A DNA stretch of 64,000 nt from Chlorokybus atmophyticus (GCA_009103225.1 RHPI01003124.1:122428-186427); one strand, 5' to 3'; positions 37,258 through 53,230 are shown, counted from the first letter of the stretch. Notes: generated by a model not told the origin, from the letters alone. Numbers and translations are program-made.

Positions 37258-39840
37258 ATGGACGCCATGGACGACACTGAAGGTAGGTAGGCCTCTGCGG
37301 GTGATCGTTGCCGTCGGCGCCGTGGTTGTTGGCGTCGGCGTTGTCAGCTATGCTATGCTTGTTGGCCGGCAAATACGTTCGCACTTCACTGTGTGATGGA
37401 TTGGTCCTAGCAGTGGCATCCAGTAGAAGCTCTGGCTGAAGCTTGCTTGCTTGCGCAGATGACCGCCAGGTGGTATACGACAACCAGGCGGAGTTTCAGC
37501 GGCTGCTTGTGCATGCCGCCGCCGCCGCCTCTGGTGCAGCTGCTGCCTCCGGGGTAAGCCGCTGCAGTGTTGTGCAATGCGTGCATTGCGAGCATACCTG
37601 ACTCATATCAGTCACTGCTTGTCAGCCAGTTAGAGATTCGTCCAGCTGCAACTTAGCTAAGTGTTGCAAACCCTTCATCAGCTTCAGCCCTGTCGCTGAT
37701 TACAAGTTGGTTGCTCTGAGTGGCTGACCTAAAAAGCATGTCTGTGCAGCAGCGGTCGGATTCAGCTAGAGAGCCAACGTGCTTGCGCTCAGCTTCATCA
37801 TCGCACATGCGGGGTACCACTGCAGCCAAAGCGCTGGTGGACCTGCACATAAGTAAGCGATCTGCCAGCATGTCAACAGTATTCTGTGTCGCTATGATGG
37901 GTTTGCATGTCATGTGTGCATTGTGTTGCTGCGCAGACGCCCATCTGGCAGGATGCGCATCGCCATCATCACCGCACGTACAGCCTCAGTCCAACCACAG
38001 CTTAGACCCTGTGTGGAATACACTGCAGGTCAGCAACATGTACTCAAGAAGATGTTCATTCTCAAGACGCATGCGACCATGCATGAACATCTGCCCACCC
38101 CAACTGGTGGACAACGTGTTATGGTCAAGTGTGCAGCGATTGTCTGGTTCGCGAACAATCAACGATGCTCAGAGCCAAGCTGCTGCACTTCAGCAAGTGG
38201 AAGAGTCTGAGTTGCCGCGGCAAAGCGCGTGTGAAGAGACAGCACATGAGATCAGACCGCTGCAACCGGCCCCACCGGACCAGGTGTTTGTGTCATTGAC
38301 AGCACCATTTGTAGTGCACAAGCAGCTGTTTCTGAGCACAATACATCATCTGCCGAGCGTGATAGGTTCCAACCCATATGTCTATTTCAGGTGCATGATG
38401 AACAGATGAATGAAGAAGAACAGCAAAGGACATTCAGCCTCGCACCTGATATCACTCCTGTGCCGCGCCCGCGAGGCAAGGAGAACAGCAGGCGCCCAAG
38501 AACGTGGGGTCCTACAGGCGCGTGTACAAGAACCGAATGCTTTGTTGCTCTGTGCTGTCAACAAAGCCACGCATGCGTCCATGCTTCTAATGACCACCTT
38601 TGTCATGCCATGAGTGGAGTGATGACTAAACACCCTGTGCTGCAGCAAAGAAGCCCAAACTGAGGTTCTCGTTTCGTGCGTCGGCTGCTACGCCTGGCCC
38701 GTCTCCAATGGGACCGTCCTCATTGGCTGCGAGGTTGAGAGAGATGGATGAGATACGCAACGTCAACGATCCCGCAGTCGGCAGCCCGTGGGTATGATAA
38801 TGGTTGATGGCCTGCTGATGCTTGATGCATACAGCAACATCAGCATGCACGTACATGAACTCCCAGCGATGTGCAATTGTCAAAGCTGCATTGCCATGTC
38901 TGTTTGTGTGTCACAGGTGAACCGGGGTGCGCGTGACATGGATGTAGATGATATTGAGTACCAGCGCGTGCCGTCATCACAAGCGCAGGTCCGTTGGAAC
39001 AGTAACAGGCCTTCGATGTCAGTGCAATCCACCAACCTTCTGCTCTCCATCATGTGTTGCATGCAGTTTGAAACACCAGGGCCTTCTGCCCCAAGGACAT
39101 TTTTGGAGGTTCTTGCCTCAGCACCTGAGGACGATTTGCACACGCGACTTGCATCACATTGTGCAAGGTACAGAGTGGTACAGAGACAACATACTTATAG
39201 AAGGCAGGCACAACTTGGCGGTGTGCATTAAGCATGTCATGTGCAGCGGCAGCAATGGACTCGTCAAGCAGCTGGCAAAGCTCAGTGCGAAAGAGAAAGA
39301 GCTTCGCACGGCTTTCTACAGGACCGCTGCAAACAGGCATTCGGGAGTACCAGGTTTGCATTAGTTTGTGTGGTTGCTGGTGCTGCGAGGTGTGTTGCAG
39401 TGTGTGCCATGTTGATCAGGCTCGCACGCAGGTTGGCAACCTCTGAATCTGCACGTTTTGGAGACTGTGTTCATGGAAGGCAGCTTGGTGCAGTGCCTTT
39501 GTTCTATCCAGGAGGTAACCGCCAACCTTCACATGAGACGATGGTCATGAGTTTGCGTGGGTTTCATGCGGTTCTGTCACTCAACAACTTATGACAACAG
39601 ACTGATGAGCAAATATACGCGTTGTTTGCGCCCAAGCTGCTGCCTGATGTTGTACTAGAAGAAGGGAGACTGCTGCGCATACACCCTCCATGGTGAGCTG
39701 CGCATTTGCACCTCACGCTGTTGCAGTCGATATGCCTGTAGTTGACAATATCCGGTTCATGCAGGCGCGAACTTGTAGTAGGTGAAGCAAGACACCGTGT
39801 ACTGCTCTGTACATACTTTTGCGAAATGCTCGCACTGTAG
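37258..39840 (+). CDS. SPIDR-like (DUF4502-type) DNA-repair scaffold protein, ending after that domain
   Basis: Last exons splice to GSNGLVKQLAKLSAKEKELRTAFYR..LNLHVLETVFMEGSLVQCLC..IYALFAPK..GRLLRIHPPWRELVV..VLLCTYFCEMLAL*, resembling animal SPIDR GLAERL..RIFPPWQKL..VILNTYFCE as I recall it. The low-complexity N-terminal exons are less certain. Confidence 0.62.
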
Positions 39841-40837
39841 TAGAATGTTGCTTGCCAGATTTGTATCCGCCCATCCAGCTGCAATTGAGCTATCTCATTG
39901 TCATGCGGCTGTAAGTGTGCAGTAGCACTCAAAGCTACTTTTTCATTAAGCACAGACGTACAGTGGGTACCAGTCATGTCCATGGCTGGCTAAGCGCACA
40001 CATGACAGCAACAACGTCCTGCACAGAGCCACGCGACAGCGGCGCACACTAGCACGCTAGCACGCAACTACCCGCGCTCCGCAGCGCCTGCGAGGACCGC
40101 ATCCTCCTCTGCCGTCGGGGGCACCGTCTGTAGTGGCCCCCATCCCGGCACAGCCGCCACAGCCGCTGCACCCCGCTCGAGTAGCAGACCAGCACGCACA
40201 AAGTAGAATAGCAGCAGCAAGTGCATTCACAGCAACAGTCAAAGGTCTGCTCCGGTTCCTGAACTTTGTGACAGTTTAAAACCGACAACACAAGAGAGCA
40301 TGCAAGGTAGCCAAGGCAGGGGCATGCATCGGTGAGTTCAGCTTGCAAGCTGGCGCACCTGAAGTGCAAGTGCCACACCAGCAACTGCTAAGCGCGAGCA
40401 GTGTTGAATGCGCATATATGACGAAGCTGCCAGTGGCATTGCGTTCATCCCGTGATTGCACATCAGCATGTGAGCTTTAGTTGCATAGTAAATGGTCCAA
40501 ATGTGTGTGATCATAGTGTGCGACCAACCGTGCAAGCATATACGTCATTAGAAAGGTGCCGGTTCTGACCCATTTGCTTCTGATTGGTTCCTGGTCATTG
40601 ACAGTCATGCAAGCAGTGATAGAACTGCAAGGTGTCAAGCAGGTCAACCATCACCACATGTCATGTCAAAAGCAAACTACAATGCGACTGTCAGTTATGG
40701 CACTGGTAGCAAGGGCCATGCCTTGCAACTATTTTGTACAAGTCAGCTACTCAGATTTTACAACACTATTGCGGATATCACTAGCCAGTTTGCCAAAGTC
40801 CTACCTTTGTCAGACATGAGAATGTATCCGCTCATGC

Positions 40838-42838
40838 TCATGTGATTGACAAAAACTTCTCCAAGGCTTGCTCCAGCTTGGGTGTCCAGCGCAGCGATGA
40901 CCGCACCCACCTGCCAATCACCATGTCAGTGACTCGCTGTATTATGCAAGGTTGACAATCTGCATACAGCACTGCCTGCGATTGCACTTCGGCCCATGCC
41001 AAGGTTAATTGGTCTTTTCCCTCGTTGGCATGCGAAGCAAGCTGTTGGCTTTTGAAACCCAATACGACATTGCATGCCTATGCGCATCTACCTGATATCT
41101 TGGAACCGTCCCTCCAGATCTGCTGCGGCCAAAAACTGGGACTCTGCGGGGCCCTGCCGCCCAAGACTCCATAACGCGGCTGCTAGTGCTCCCCTGCATT
41201 CAGCATAGTTGGGATACTTGCGCACGAGTCCTTGCATCAATCGAACGGCTTCGCTTGCCCTGCCAAGCTGCATTGAATGCAAGCGTCAGCATCAGCATGC
41301 CATGTCACAGTAATTGTCATTGTCAATGTCAGTACATGTTGTTGCTTTGCTTGCATGGCAAGCAGTTAGCTGTAGGAGCTATCACCCACCTCAAAAAGCA
41401 CAATTGCCTCCTTGAAGCGGTATGCGGCTATGCCTGGTGCCAAGTCAGCTGCTTTGGTAAAGTCTTTCAAGGCTTCATTATAATCTTGCAGCTTAACATG
41501 CACATTCCCCCTGTTGTACCATGCAGCAAACTCCTGCAATGAAGCAAAGACAGCATGGGATATTCAAACCACAACTGTGTTTTTACGGATACAGATGTGT
41601 TGACTTGTTTTACCACCATTGTCCATGAGGCTTGGCAACATCTTTGCACTGCATAAAGTAGTCGCATCGGTACTTACATCAGGGTCATTCTTTACTGCAG
41701 CATTGCAGTCCTGAACCGCCTCATCAAAGCGACCAAGCGCCTCAAGCGCAATGGCTCGATTCAGAAGTGGCACGGCCGCATCAGGTGCCAACTTGATGGC
41801 CCTTGTGAAGTCCTCAAATGCCTCCTTCGGGCGACCCTGGTGAGTAGCAAGTAGTCAGCAGTTTGCTGTGGTCGTGCAGCTAGCATGCATCCATGACGCC
41901 TGAAGCTGTAGGTAGTACCTGCTGCAGCCTTGTATTGCCCCTGTTTGACCATGCAGAAGCAGCGTCGGGAGACTCTTCTATGATCTGCGTAAAGATGCGC
42001 TCTGCAGTGTACAAGTCGCCCTCCGCTGAAAAGATATAAGCAGTAGACGTCCATGTGTCAGCTCTTATTGTAGTCATGAGCACTCCATTGACTGACACCG
42101 GCCTTGTACACGATTCAAACTGCAAACCTGTGTCAAAGCATCATGACTCACAAGCGGCTCGGAGTCCCGCCTGCATCTGTGGGTTTTCCACATCTTTCAG
42201 ACGCACGTTGGTGCTCTTTGTTGCATATGCTGAAGGCGTGCTTGCTAGGACTGCCGTTAACGAGACTGATAGAAGTGCCGCCCTTCGCGAAAGAAGCACT
42301 GTCTGCAAAGTAGACCTGTATGTCAACTTAAAGGCCACTACGGTCACGACCTCAAAAAGCATGCTCGCCTCATTGATAGGTATTCACCAAAGTTGCGCTG
42401 GATTCTTGACGCCAATGTTGCATGCATGAGTGCATGTTCATTGGGTACTCGTGAGTATGCAGCATGCACCACGAAGTATGCAGAATGCAGTTCATGTTCA
42501 ACTTGTGCACTTCATGTATGCATTGGGTATGTGCTGGTGCGACAGCCGTATGCATGCCGTGGCGCTAGAATGGCCACTGCAATAGCGGTGGCTAACCACA
42601 AGCCACCGTGTCTAAGCGTATTACCATGTACCTGTACATCTGGACGGCATGTAGCGACAGCTGTTTCGTTTGCAGCAGCGCATGCAGTTTGCTGACGCGG
42701 GTGCCTGGGCGCCCTCAAGCCGTTGTGCTGGCCGCCTTGCCGACGACGCAAAGGCAGCGCCAGCGGCAGCCGCATGCACAGCTCCATGTTGCTCAATTGC
42801 TCAACTACACATCCACGTACAGCTACCACCGCTGCCAT
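40838..42838 (-). CDS. Plastid-targeted tetratricopeptide repeat protein
   Basis: AWSNRGNTRLQQGRPKEAFEDFTRAIKLAP, LLNRAIALEALGRFDEAVQD, AWYNRGNVHVKLQDYNEALKDFTKA, VRKYPNYAE..ALAAALW, RWTPKLEQALEKFL*. Start codon uncertain. Confidence 0.88.
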
Positions 42839-43014
42839 CAACACCGCCGCGGACGACGACAGCCACGACAACGCCAACGCTGCTCACAGCGTTAAGCATG
42901 AGATCGCTAGCACAGGCATGCACACTGCGGGCGCTAAGTGAGATTTCGCGGAGGGGCATCGGGATGAGAGCCTTTAACCCTGCCTTGTGCACCGACTTGT
43001 TGATGGCATTGACG

Positions 43015-43745
43015 ATGAACAGGCCGCCCACTGGCGCCGGGGCGGCGGTCGGTTCCGGGGGAGGTGCCGCGGGGCCTGCCGCCGCCCTCCAGCAGCGGCA
43101 GGCCGCCTTGCTGCAGCGCCTGGACGCTAACGTCGCGCAGCTGAACGACAACTTCTCCAACCTCGTCGCTGCGAGCAAGGTAGTATGAACACAGCGCTGG
43201 CGAAAAGGTCAGGCATACCGATGGCCTGCTGTTGATGCTTGTTCAAAATGTTGCAATTGCTCGCTGCGCAGGTGAACGATGTCGTCCGCAATGCACAGGA
43301 GCGCTTCCAGATGGACGTTCACGCCGCAAAGATTGTACGCATTTGGTATTGGCCGCCTCATCGGTCGCAAACTGGTGGATGTTGTTGGTCTCTGCATGCG
43401 TGGCAATGCAGGTGCTTCGCCGCATGCCCTAATGCGCTGGTCACACTTGTGGGTGTGTAATGAACCGCAGTCAAATGGCAGGTTCAGGCAGCACGTGATC
43501 TGATGAACCTCATAGCAGAGCTCAAAGTCAGTGCGATCGTCGGGGACTTTGAGCGAATGAACAGCAAAGTTGAAGTGCGCAAGGCGCAGTTTCAGCAGCA
43601 AATGGCAGATGCCGAGAAGACGCTGGCAAATCTGTCAACCGACTTGCAGCATCAGCTTCGCAGCTTGGAAACACATTTCTACTGGTCACCATACAGGACT
43701 GGTCGGAAAGACAGCATTTCTGTCACAGTGAAACAAGAGATCTAA
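43015..43745 (+). CDS. MED22: Mediator subunit 22
   Basis: ALQQRQAALLQRLDANVAQLNDNFSNLV, QMDVHAAKIVQAARDLMNLIAELK, LRSLETHFY; matches the plant MED22 pattern; three exons. Confidence 0.9.
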
Positions 43746-43849
43746 CCTGTAGAAGGCTCCCTCAGTCTACATGAAGCTGCATCTGTGAAGTAACAGTGCA
43801 AGCTGCTTTAGGTACGCATCCTTGTACTTAAGGGACTGGTCAATTCAGG

Positions 43850-46330
43850 TGGCTTGTGCTGGTGCGGCATGCAACTATTTCACTTGTGCAGGTCTGCAGA
43901 GCAGCAGTGTCTGCGGTATGAGGCAAGTACAGTGCTTGTCTGTATTTTCAAAACCATGGCTCTGCACGCTGCAGACCTGAAACATCAGGCCCCAAGCAAG
44001 GCAGTTGGTGTGCTGTTGCCGTCAACACGGGCGCCTGGTTGCGAGTGGTCACGTGCAAGGTAACTGAAAAAACTACAGCAGGCATGAAGTGCATTGCCAA
44101 CCAGGTCTCGAGATCAGAACTAACAGGCAGGCATCCATGCGGAAAGAGTCCCAATCCTATGTTGGACAACTCTTCGTGCATCACCTCGCTGTATGTTATT
44201 GGAGTGTTGATGATGTGGGAACTCATGGTTATCCTTGCAAATGGCTGTGTTTCTCGGCAAAGGAGGCATATGGAGTGCATGTAGTACTTTGGGAGGCTTG
44301 TTCTACAAAATGTTGCAACATAACCTGCACACAATACTTGCTCATGAAAAAAATGATTGCGGGTTGCATGAAGTAATCATCATGGTGTACGACAACATTG
44401 CATGCCAAGGTAGGTGACTGATAATTCATGAAATCTATGACATATATAAGGTTTAAGTTGCCCATCATCAAGTTTGAAGTGAGATCATGAAAACGTGTGT
44501 AAAGTCTATGATTCACAGATATGTAAGTCGCGTTGTATTATAATTTTAATTCAAAATAAATGCACGTGTGTCAATAAATGTACTACAACTATGCATATGA
44601 GTTATCAATACATACATGTACGCGTAACATGCATTTGAAGATGTGGATGAGCATGCAGCGCAGGTGCTGGCAAGACATATCACCTTCTGCGACACCAAGG
44701 GCTACAGACCAACCCAGCATGCGGCTAGGCGACTACCTAACCTATACATTACGCTCAAGCTGCACATAAATCCCCCTAAGGCTAGATTTATTGCCTTCGC
44801 CTACAATACGTCTTTGACGGATGTAAGCACTTGGCTAACTCGTGCTTATAAGTTTCTCCTGCCTGTGTTTATCCAAATGTGGGCGAGTCATGTGGCAGTA
44901 CCTGGAGTCATAGGTAGTTAGGTGCTGCAACATCCACTTGGCGTTCAGGAACTGCTACAATTATGGAACACAACACGCTGTACTGCAGGTAAGTTGGTGC
45001 AAGTGCAAATGCAGTCATACGACTTCACCAATTTGCACACAAACATACACCATGCACATTTGCTATTGTGCATGTGTAACTTTGTGCAAGTTGTCTTTTA
45101 CTTTGGAGCACAACATAGGGGTGCAACAGTGCTGAAAGTATCGTACGTAAGGGATGCTGGATCACCAGTGGGTGCGACACAGAGCTGGACAACAGAACAG
45201 CAATCACACCAAGTTTCTCACAATTGCATGGCTGGGTTGTTGCAATATCTGTTGCAAAGTCTGTATATAAACACAGGTGCACAGGACAGGCTACACAAGC
45301 CAGCCATTGGCATCCCCATGGGCAACCCTGCTGAAGTTTATCTAGCCAATATCTACAGGGGATCCAAGGAGCTCAGGTTTGCACGTGCGTTGAAGGCACA
45401 TGGCTCAATGGAACTGCTGTGTAAGTGGTGCACTTCTGTGTTGCGTTTTGTAGATGATTTGCTGATCTTGGACATTCGAACCCTTGTAAGATCATGTACA
45501 CGGGTGATGCTGTGTTGGGTGTTGGGTTGTACCCCTAGCAGACACTGACACTAACACAGTCTGCTGCTGGTACTACAATTCATTTTTTGACATATGATCT
45601 TATTTTAAACTCCTGACATTGGCCTTTGTTCCCGAATCTATTATAATCTGGACGATAACCAGTTCCGAAGCATACTTAGAAGGCATGCCCCATACTCAGC
45701 AATGGACATTGCTAAATTGATTAAGCTGGGTGTTGTGATTTCACAATGCATTAGGTTCTTAATATTGCCTACCAACCGCTCGCATTTTGTGAATGACATG
45801 GTGGCACTGTTGCATGCAATGCAAGCAGGCTATGCTAAACTTGCCGTTTTAAATTAATTGCACAGGTGGATGCGTAGACAACAAGGCATGGTGTACGACG
45901 AGCCATACAAGTACTGGTTCCACTTGGTGTGCAACAAGTTGAATGTGGCTGCGACAAACAGGTAAGTGACATAAGTATGGGAGGTAAGAAGTGCGGGGAG
46001 CAATTTGACTGCCCGCATATAAATCATGAGACTGGCCGCTGCATTGTGATTCTTGTATAGCATGGTGTTGTGTTGCTGTCATGTCATGACATGTCTGCAC
46101 TGCCTGATTGTACTGCCAACTCATGACCCTGCTGATTCATGAGTGACTGATGCGTCGTTTATGACACTAAACTTGTTGGACGGCACTGCATGATGGCCTG
46201 CAGCCGTTGTGTGTGAACGTTGGAGACTCGCACAGTCAGTAAGAACGGACCTGTTGTCGGCGCCATAACCGTGGGAGTTGAGGAGAACCAGCTGGGGGCC
46301 AAGGTGTCTAGGCGTCTTGTGGTTACAATA
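43850..46330 (+). mobile_element. Penelope-like retroelement (Chlamys/Naiad-like), near full-length RT pseudogene
   Basis: LYITLKLH..PPKARFIA, YDFTNLHTNI (about 45017), GIPMG (45309-45323), RFVDD (45444-45458), thumb KLGVVISQCIRF; stops and frameshifts; no endonuclease after the thumb. Confidence 0.85.
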
Positions 46331-47039
46331 TGCTATCATTCATGCCTGCCACAACCTGCTGCTGTTGCTACCTTGAGGGTCTGTTGGTTTTGGTTGTTGG
46401 TCCTGTTGTTGGCTAGATTTTTAACTCTGTCTTGACCCCCACGGAATTATGTGCTTTGGTGTGCTGGCTTGCATTTTAGCACCTTTGCGTGCTTGTTGTC
46501 TATACAACGGAGTTTGCTTGTAAAAACTCTTGTGTATTATCCATGTTACATGCGATATACATACTCTTACATTTAGGGCTTCGTGTGAAAATGAGTATTG
46601 AATTTAATAAATGTTGATCGAGACGTCCTCATCAACATATTGTACAAGACATTGCATAATTTTTCAATGTCATTTTAATTTCAATTTTTCAATGCTTTTA
46701 TAACAAGAGCATTGAACGTGTAGTGCACATGTCATTGCACATGATTAAGGGTTAACGATCGAAGTTGTGTGCCGCATAAAGCTTTGCTTATTACATTATA
46801 ACACGACAATGATGTTATGACCATGCGTTTTAATCATTGTTGATGCATTGTGCTATCTTAACAGCTGTTATGTGACATTCGTAACGGTATTCTAATCAGC
46901 ACCTCTTTGTTTGCAGCGAGTCATAGTTCTTTATATGCATTAACTTGCTACGTAATATGAGTAATAATGCATTATTGCTATAACACAAGCGTTTTTACTA
47001 GTAATGCTTAGTTCATATAGCACCAACACGGCGCCTTAT

Positions 47040-47082
47040 TTATTACGCTATGGCAACAACAGTTGTTGCCATAGCGTAATAA
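47040..47082. repeat. 43-bp palindrome (21-bp perfect arms, 1-nt centre)
   Basis: TTATTACGCTATGGCAACAAC A GTTGTTGCCATAGCGTAATAA. Confidence 0.97.
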
Positions 47083-48395
47083 GTGCCATTATAGGAGCCA
47101 CACGTCTTATATATGTCTCTTCATTGCACATGACGACAGTTGTTATGCTTAATGTATCAACAAGTACAATAAATACATTAAAGCCTAATTATTGTACATG
47201 GTATATACATGGCATAAATATTATACAATCATTTCGTCATAAAATGTAGTAATGCGCATTGTTAACTCATGGTGTAAATCTTGTATGGTCAGCTTGCTTC
47301 ATTATCAACACAATCGAGCTGTATACACATGATAAAGTCGTGATAATGCATTTTGTATGTTATACACTTTTAAACAAAATATATACGCATAATTTACAAT
47401 GACTGAAATTGATGTTGATATTATAATTGTGTGATTAATTCATTACATCACATGTGGCATTCTATTGTGGAAGACACTGCACAACATACACTGTTTAACA
47501 TTTTATATATATAAGAATACTCGTATTCAATGCATACTATGCAATGCAATGCACTCTATGCACACACGTGTATATTGAAAGGGAATGGCAGACATCAAAC
47601 AAACCATGGCGACGAACTATGACGCAGAAACTCACCCCACCTCACTGCATGCACTACAACAACCACGACACTACGAGTTCATCGTAAAGCCAAATAGGCT
47701 AGATTCAATGTGCAACACATTGGCAAGCATGATAGTGTCATGTATACTTGGGCATCACCTATTATACTTAGACTTACATGCAATATTTAGTCAATCAGTC
47801 AATCAATGAAGTTGCCAACAGCTACATCATATAACATTGAACAGCGTCATTATTAAACATGTTGTGTAACAACTTTTTTTGCAATTAAGCACATCGTATA
47901 GAGTTATACGCCTACCAGTTCAACCGGATGCCTCAGACTTACATCCCTACAGGCATGCATTGGGTCCCACCAAGCCAAGAAGACACACTCCTCGCGGAAG
48001 AAGCGTCGATAGGGACTCCTGCCTGTCAAGTCAAGTGAACTCACTGGATTGGCGTGACCACAGCTGACCGAAAATCTCGACGATAAGCTTGGCCGCCAAA
48101 GAAGCGAGGATTCGTTGCTCATGTGTTTGCTTGCTGTCGCGCAACCCAGACAGCGGAAGCCCCCTCTATCGTGGCCCTCTCACCGACGGTCCGCTGCACA
48201 TGCCATGCCAAAATCGCGTTACCTTTTCATAACGGTGTGCAGCCGGACCATGTGTTGTTTCCTTCCGCACGCCGATGGCGCCGTCAACACAAAAGCTTAC
48301 GAAAACCATTCCAGTGGCACATACCACAGAAGCGGCAAGTTGCATTCCAGAGAGCGGCGGGAGCTATATTCGGATTTGCTTCCGTCGTGAAGCGT

Positions 48396-48440
48396 TAACC
48401 TTCCCTGCTGTCCGGTCACGCAACCGGAAGGGAAGTTAAT
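48396..48440. repeat. Imperfect hairpin
   Basis: TTAACCTTCCC...TCCGGT CACGCA ACCGGA..GGGAAGTTAA. Confidence 0.7.
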
Positions 48441-48921
48441 GGCTTTGGGGTTTCAAAGATCAACGCCGTTAAGGTCATGCTTGGCGAGGAAAAAGGCGTG
48501 CATTAAGGTTGTTCCTCAAACAGTGTGCGTTAAGGCACGGAGCTGTCAATACTATAGTCAGCGGCAGCGGCAATGGGCCGGGCAAAGACGTCGGCGGCGT
48601 CGGTGGCGGCGTCGGCGGCGGGGGCATTAGGGTTTTGAGGGCGATGCGGGCGGCGGCGTGGCTGGCGCCGTGATGGTTGAGCTTGACAATTGCAGGCTAA
48701 GCTATTGAGGTAGTCCTGCTGAAAGGGACAGGGCACTGACGATCTCGTTGGGCTTGTGGAGTAAGCACCGCCCTAGTCGTTGGTCGCGAGGGCGGCGACG
48801 GCGTTTTCGGCGTCGTCTACGGGCGGGTCGGGTAGAAGGTTAGGGTAGCTGCAATAAATGCGTCCACAGGGGCGGCGGGCCTCCCGCGCTCCCGTAGCTG
48901 AGCCTTGCGGGCGTGGCCTCC

Positions 48922-51876
<2,955 letters not shown>

Positions 51877-52249
51877 TTGGAGGGGTTTTTTTGAAGTTGT
51901 AGACAGAGATTGGCATCCGCGCCCGATAAGCAGTGAGGGCTCCTGTTTTGGCCCGGATTCGCCAATGCCTCGCCTTGTCGGCATGGCAAGTGGACACTGG
52001 CGTGGTGGGTGTGAGGTGGCTGTATGGCAGCATAGTACATGTGGCTCAACTCCCACCACATGCCACTTCACCCCGTGCGCGCAGTTGGCAGACCTTGCAG
52101 TAGCCGCTCAAGGGGCGTGCTTTTCTGCTGGGTGTACTATATACAACACACGCCTGCACCAGTTTGCAGCACATACTGTGCGCGCGCATGCCTGTGGCGT
52201 TGCCGCAGTGCGTAACACATTCTTTGGTTGTGCCTGCGTTAATGAAGCT

Positions 52250-52800
52250 GTTTTTGGAAGTGTAGCGAATGCCAGCAATCTCACTGGCAGTTGCTGGTCT
52301 TGCGGTGTGCATTTGCTGGGCCATGGCATCTTTCTGCAGGTGATGTCGTCTGACATGAGCAGACGTCCCTTGACCAGGGTTTTAAATTCAGCATTCATGT
52401 TGGATACCAGGTGCAAGGGCTAGCTTGTGCCGCGCCGCAGCAGTATATTACTGTGTGCCTGAGGTCTTGTTAGTATAAGTTACGCAAGATGTGCATTGTC
52501 ATGCCGCGCATGTTACACTTGTCATGCAGGTCTCATGTTTCCCATTAGGAGTTGTACTATGGCTGTTTGCAACCCTCCATGTCATTGAGATTAAGAATGC
52601 AATTTAATCCTCAACGGAAGAATCTATAGAGAAATAGGCTGCTATGTATTAGAAGTAACAGCTTAGATGAGGTTCGCAATGCGATATGGTGCGCTTCAGG
52701 AACAAGCAATGCACAACCTGTTGTCGCAGCACTCTTATACAATGTCAATTCATTGGCTTCTTGTCTGCAAAGTAACACTTCAAATTGTTTGTGGATAGTT
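52250..52800 (+). mobile_element. Possible Penelope-like N-terminal remnant
   Basis: Broken frame CSEC..WHLSAGDVV*..SLDQGFKF resembles the PLE pre-RT H..GD..L.KG.KF segment; weak. Confidence 0.25.
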
Positions 52801-53084
52801 ATTCATGCATGCGTGCGTGCCGTGCACAGGATATGCGCGAGACAATTGGCGACATGCATGACATCACAACAGCATCTCATACCAACCAGCATGCAAACAC
52901 AGTCACATATACCACCACCGGGCAATATTGACTGCCTGTTTACCTACCACACTACCCTACTCTAGACCTCCCCGTTAGGCATGCTTACATGCGTGTTGTT
53001 GGTGAATTATCTGTGCAACACAGGAGCAGCACCGTCAACCATGGTAGTCCAGGTGCAGCGTAACAGCAGCAGGCAGCATGCAGC

Positions 53085-53230
53085 ACACTCCCTCTCCCTC
53101 CCTCTCTCCCCCTCTCCCACAGTCCCCCTCCCTCTCTCCCTCTCCGTCTGTCCCTCCCCCTGCTTCCCTACTTCTTCGTCCCCCGCTCCGCCTGTTCTCT
53201 CTCCTCCGCCTCCCCCTCCTCCTCCTGCTG
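53085..53230. repeat. Polypyrimidine (C/T) tract
   Basis: CCCTCTCCCTCCCTCTCTCCCCC... directly visible, just beyond the 3' end of the minus-strand PLE. Confidence 0.9.

Noticed and set aside
39990-40560. GC-rich minus-strand ORFs between the SPIDR-like and TPR genes
   Set aside because: No convincing start or splice chain; could be UTR.
46258-46330. HDV-like ribozyme fold for the PLE 3' module
   Set aside because: Could not build P2 and P1.1 pairings on either strand by hand.
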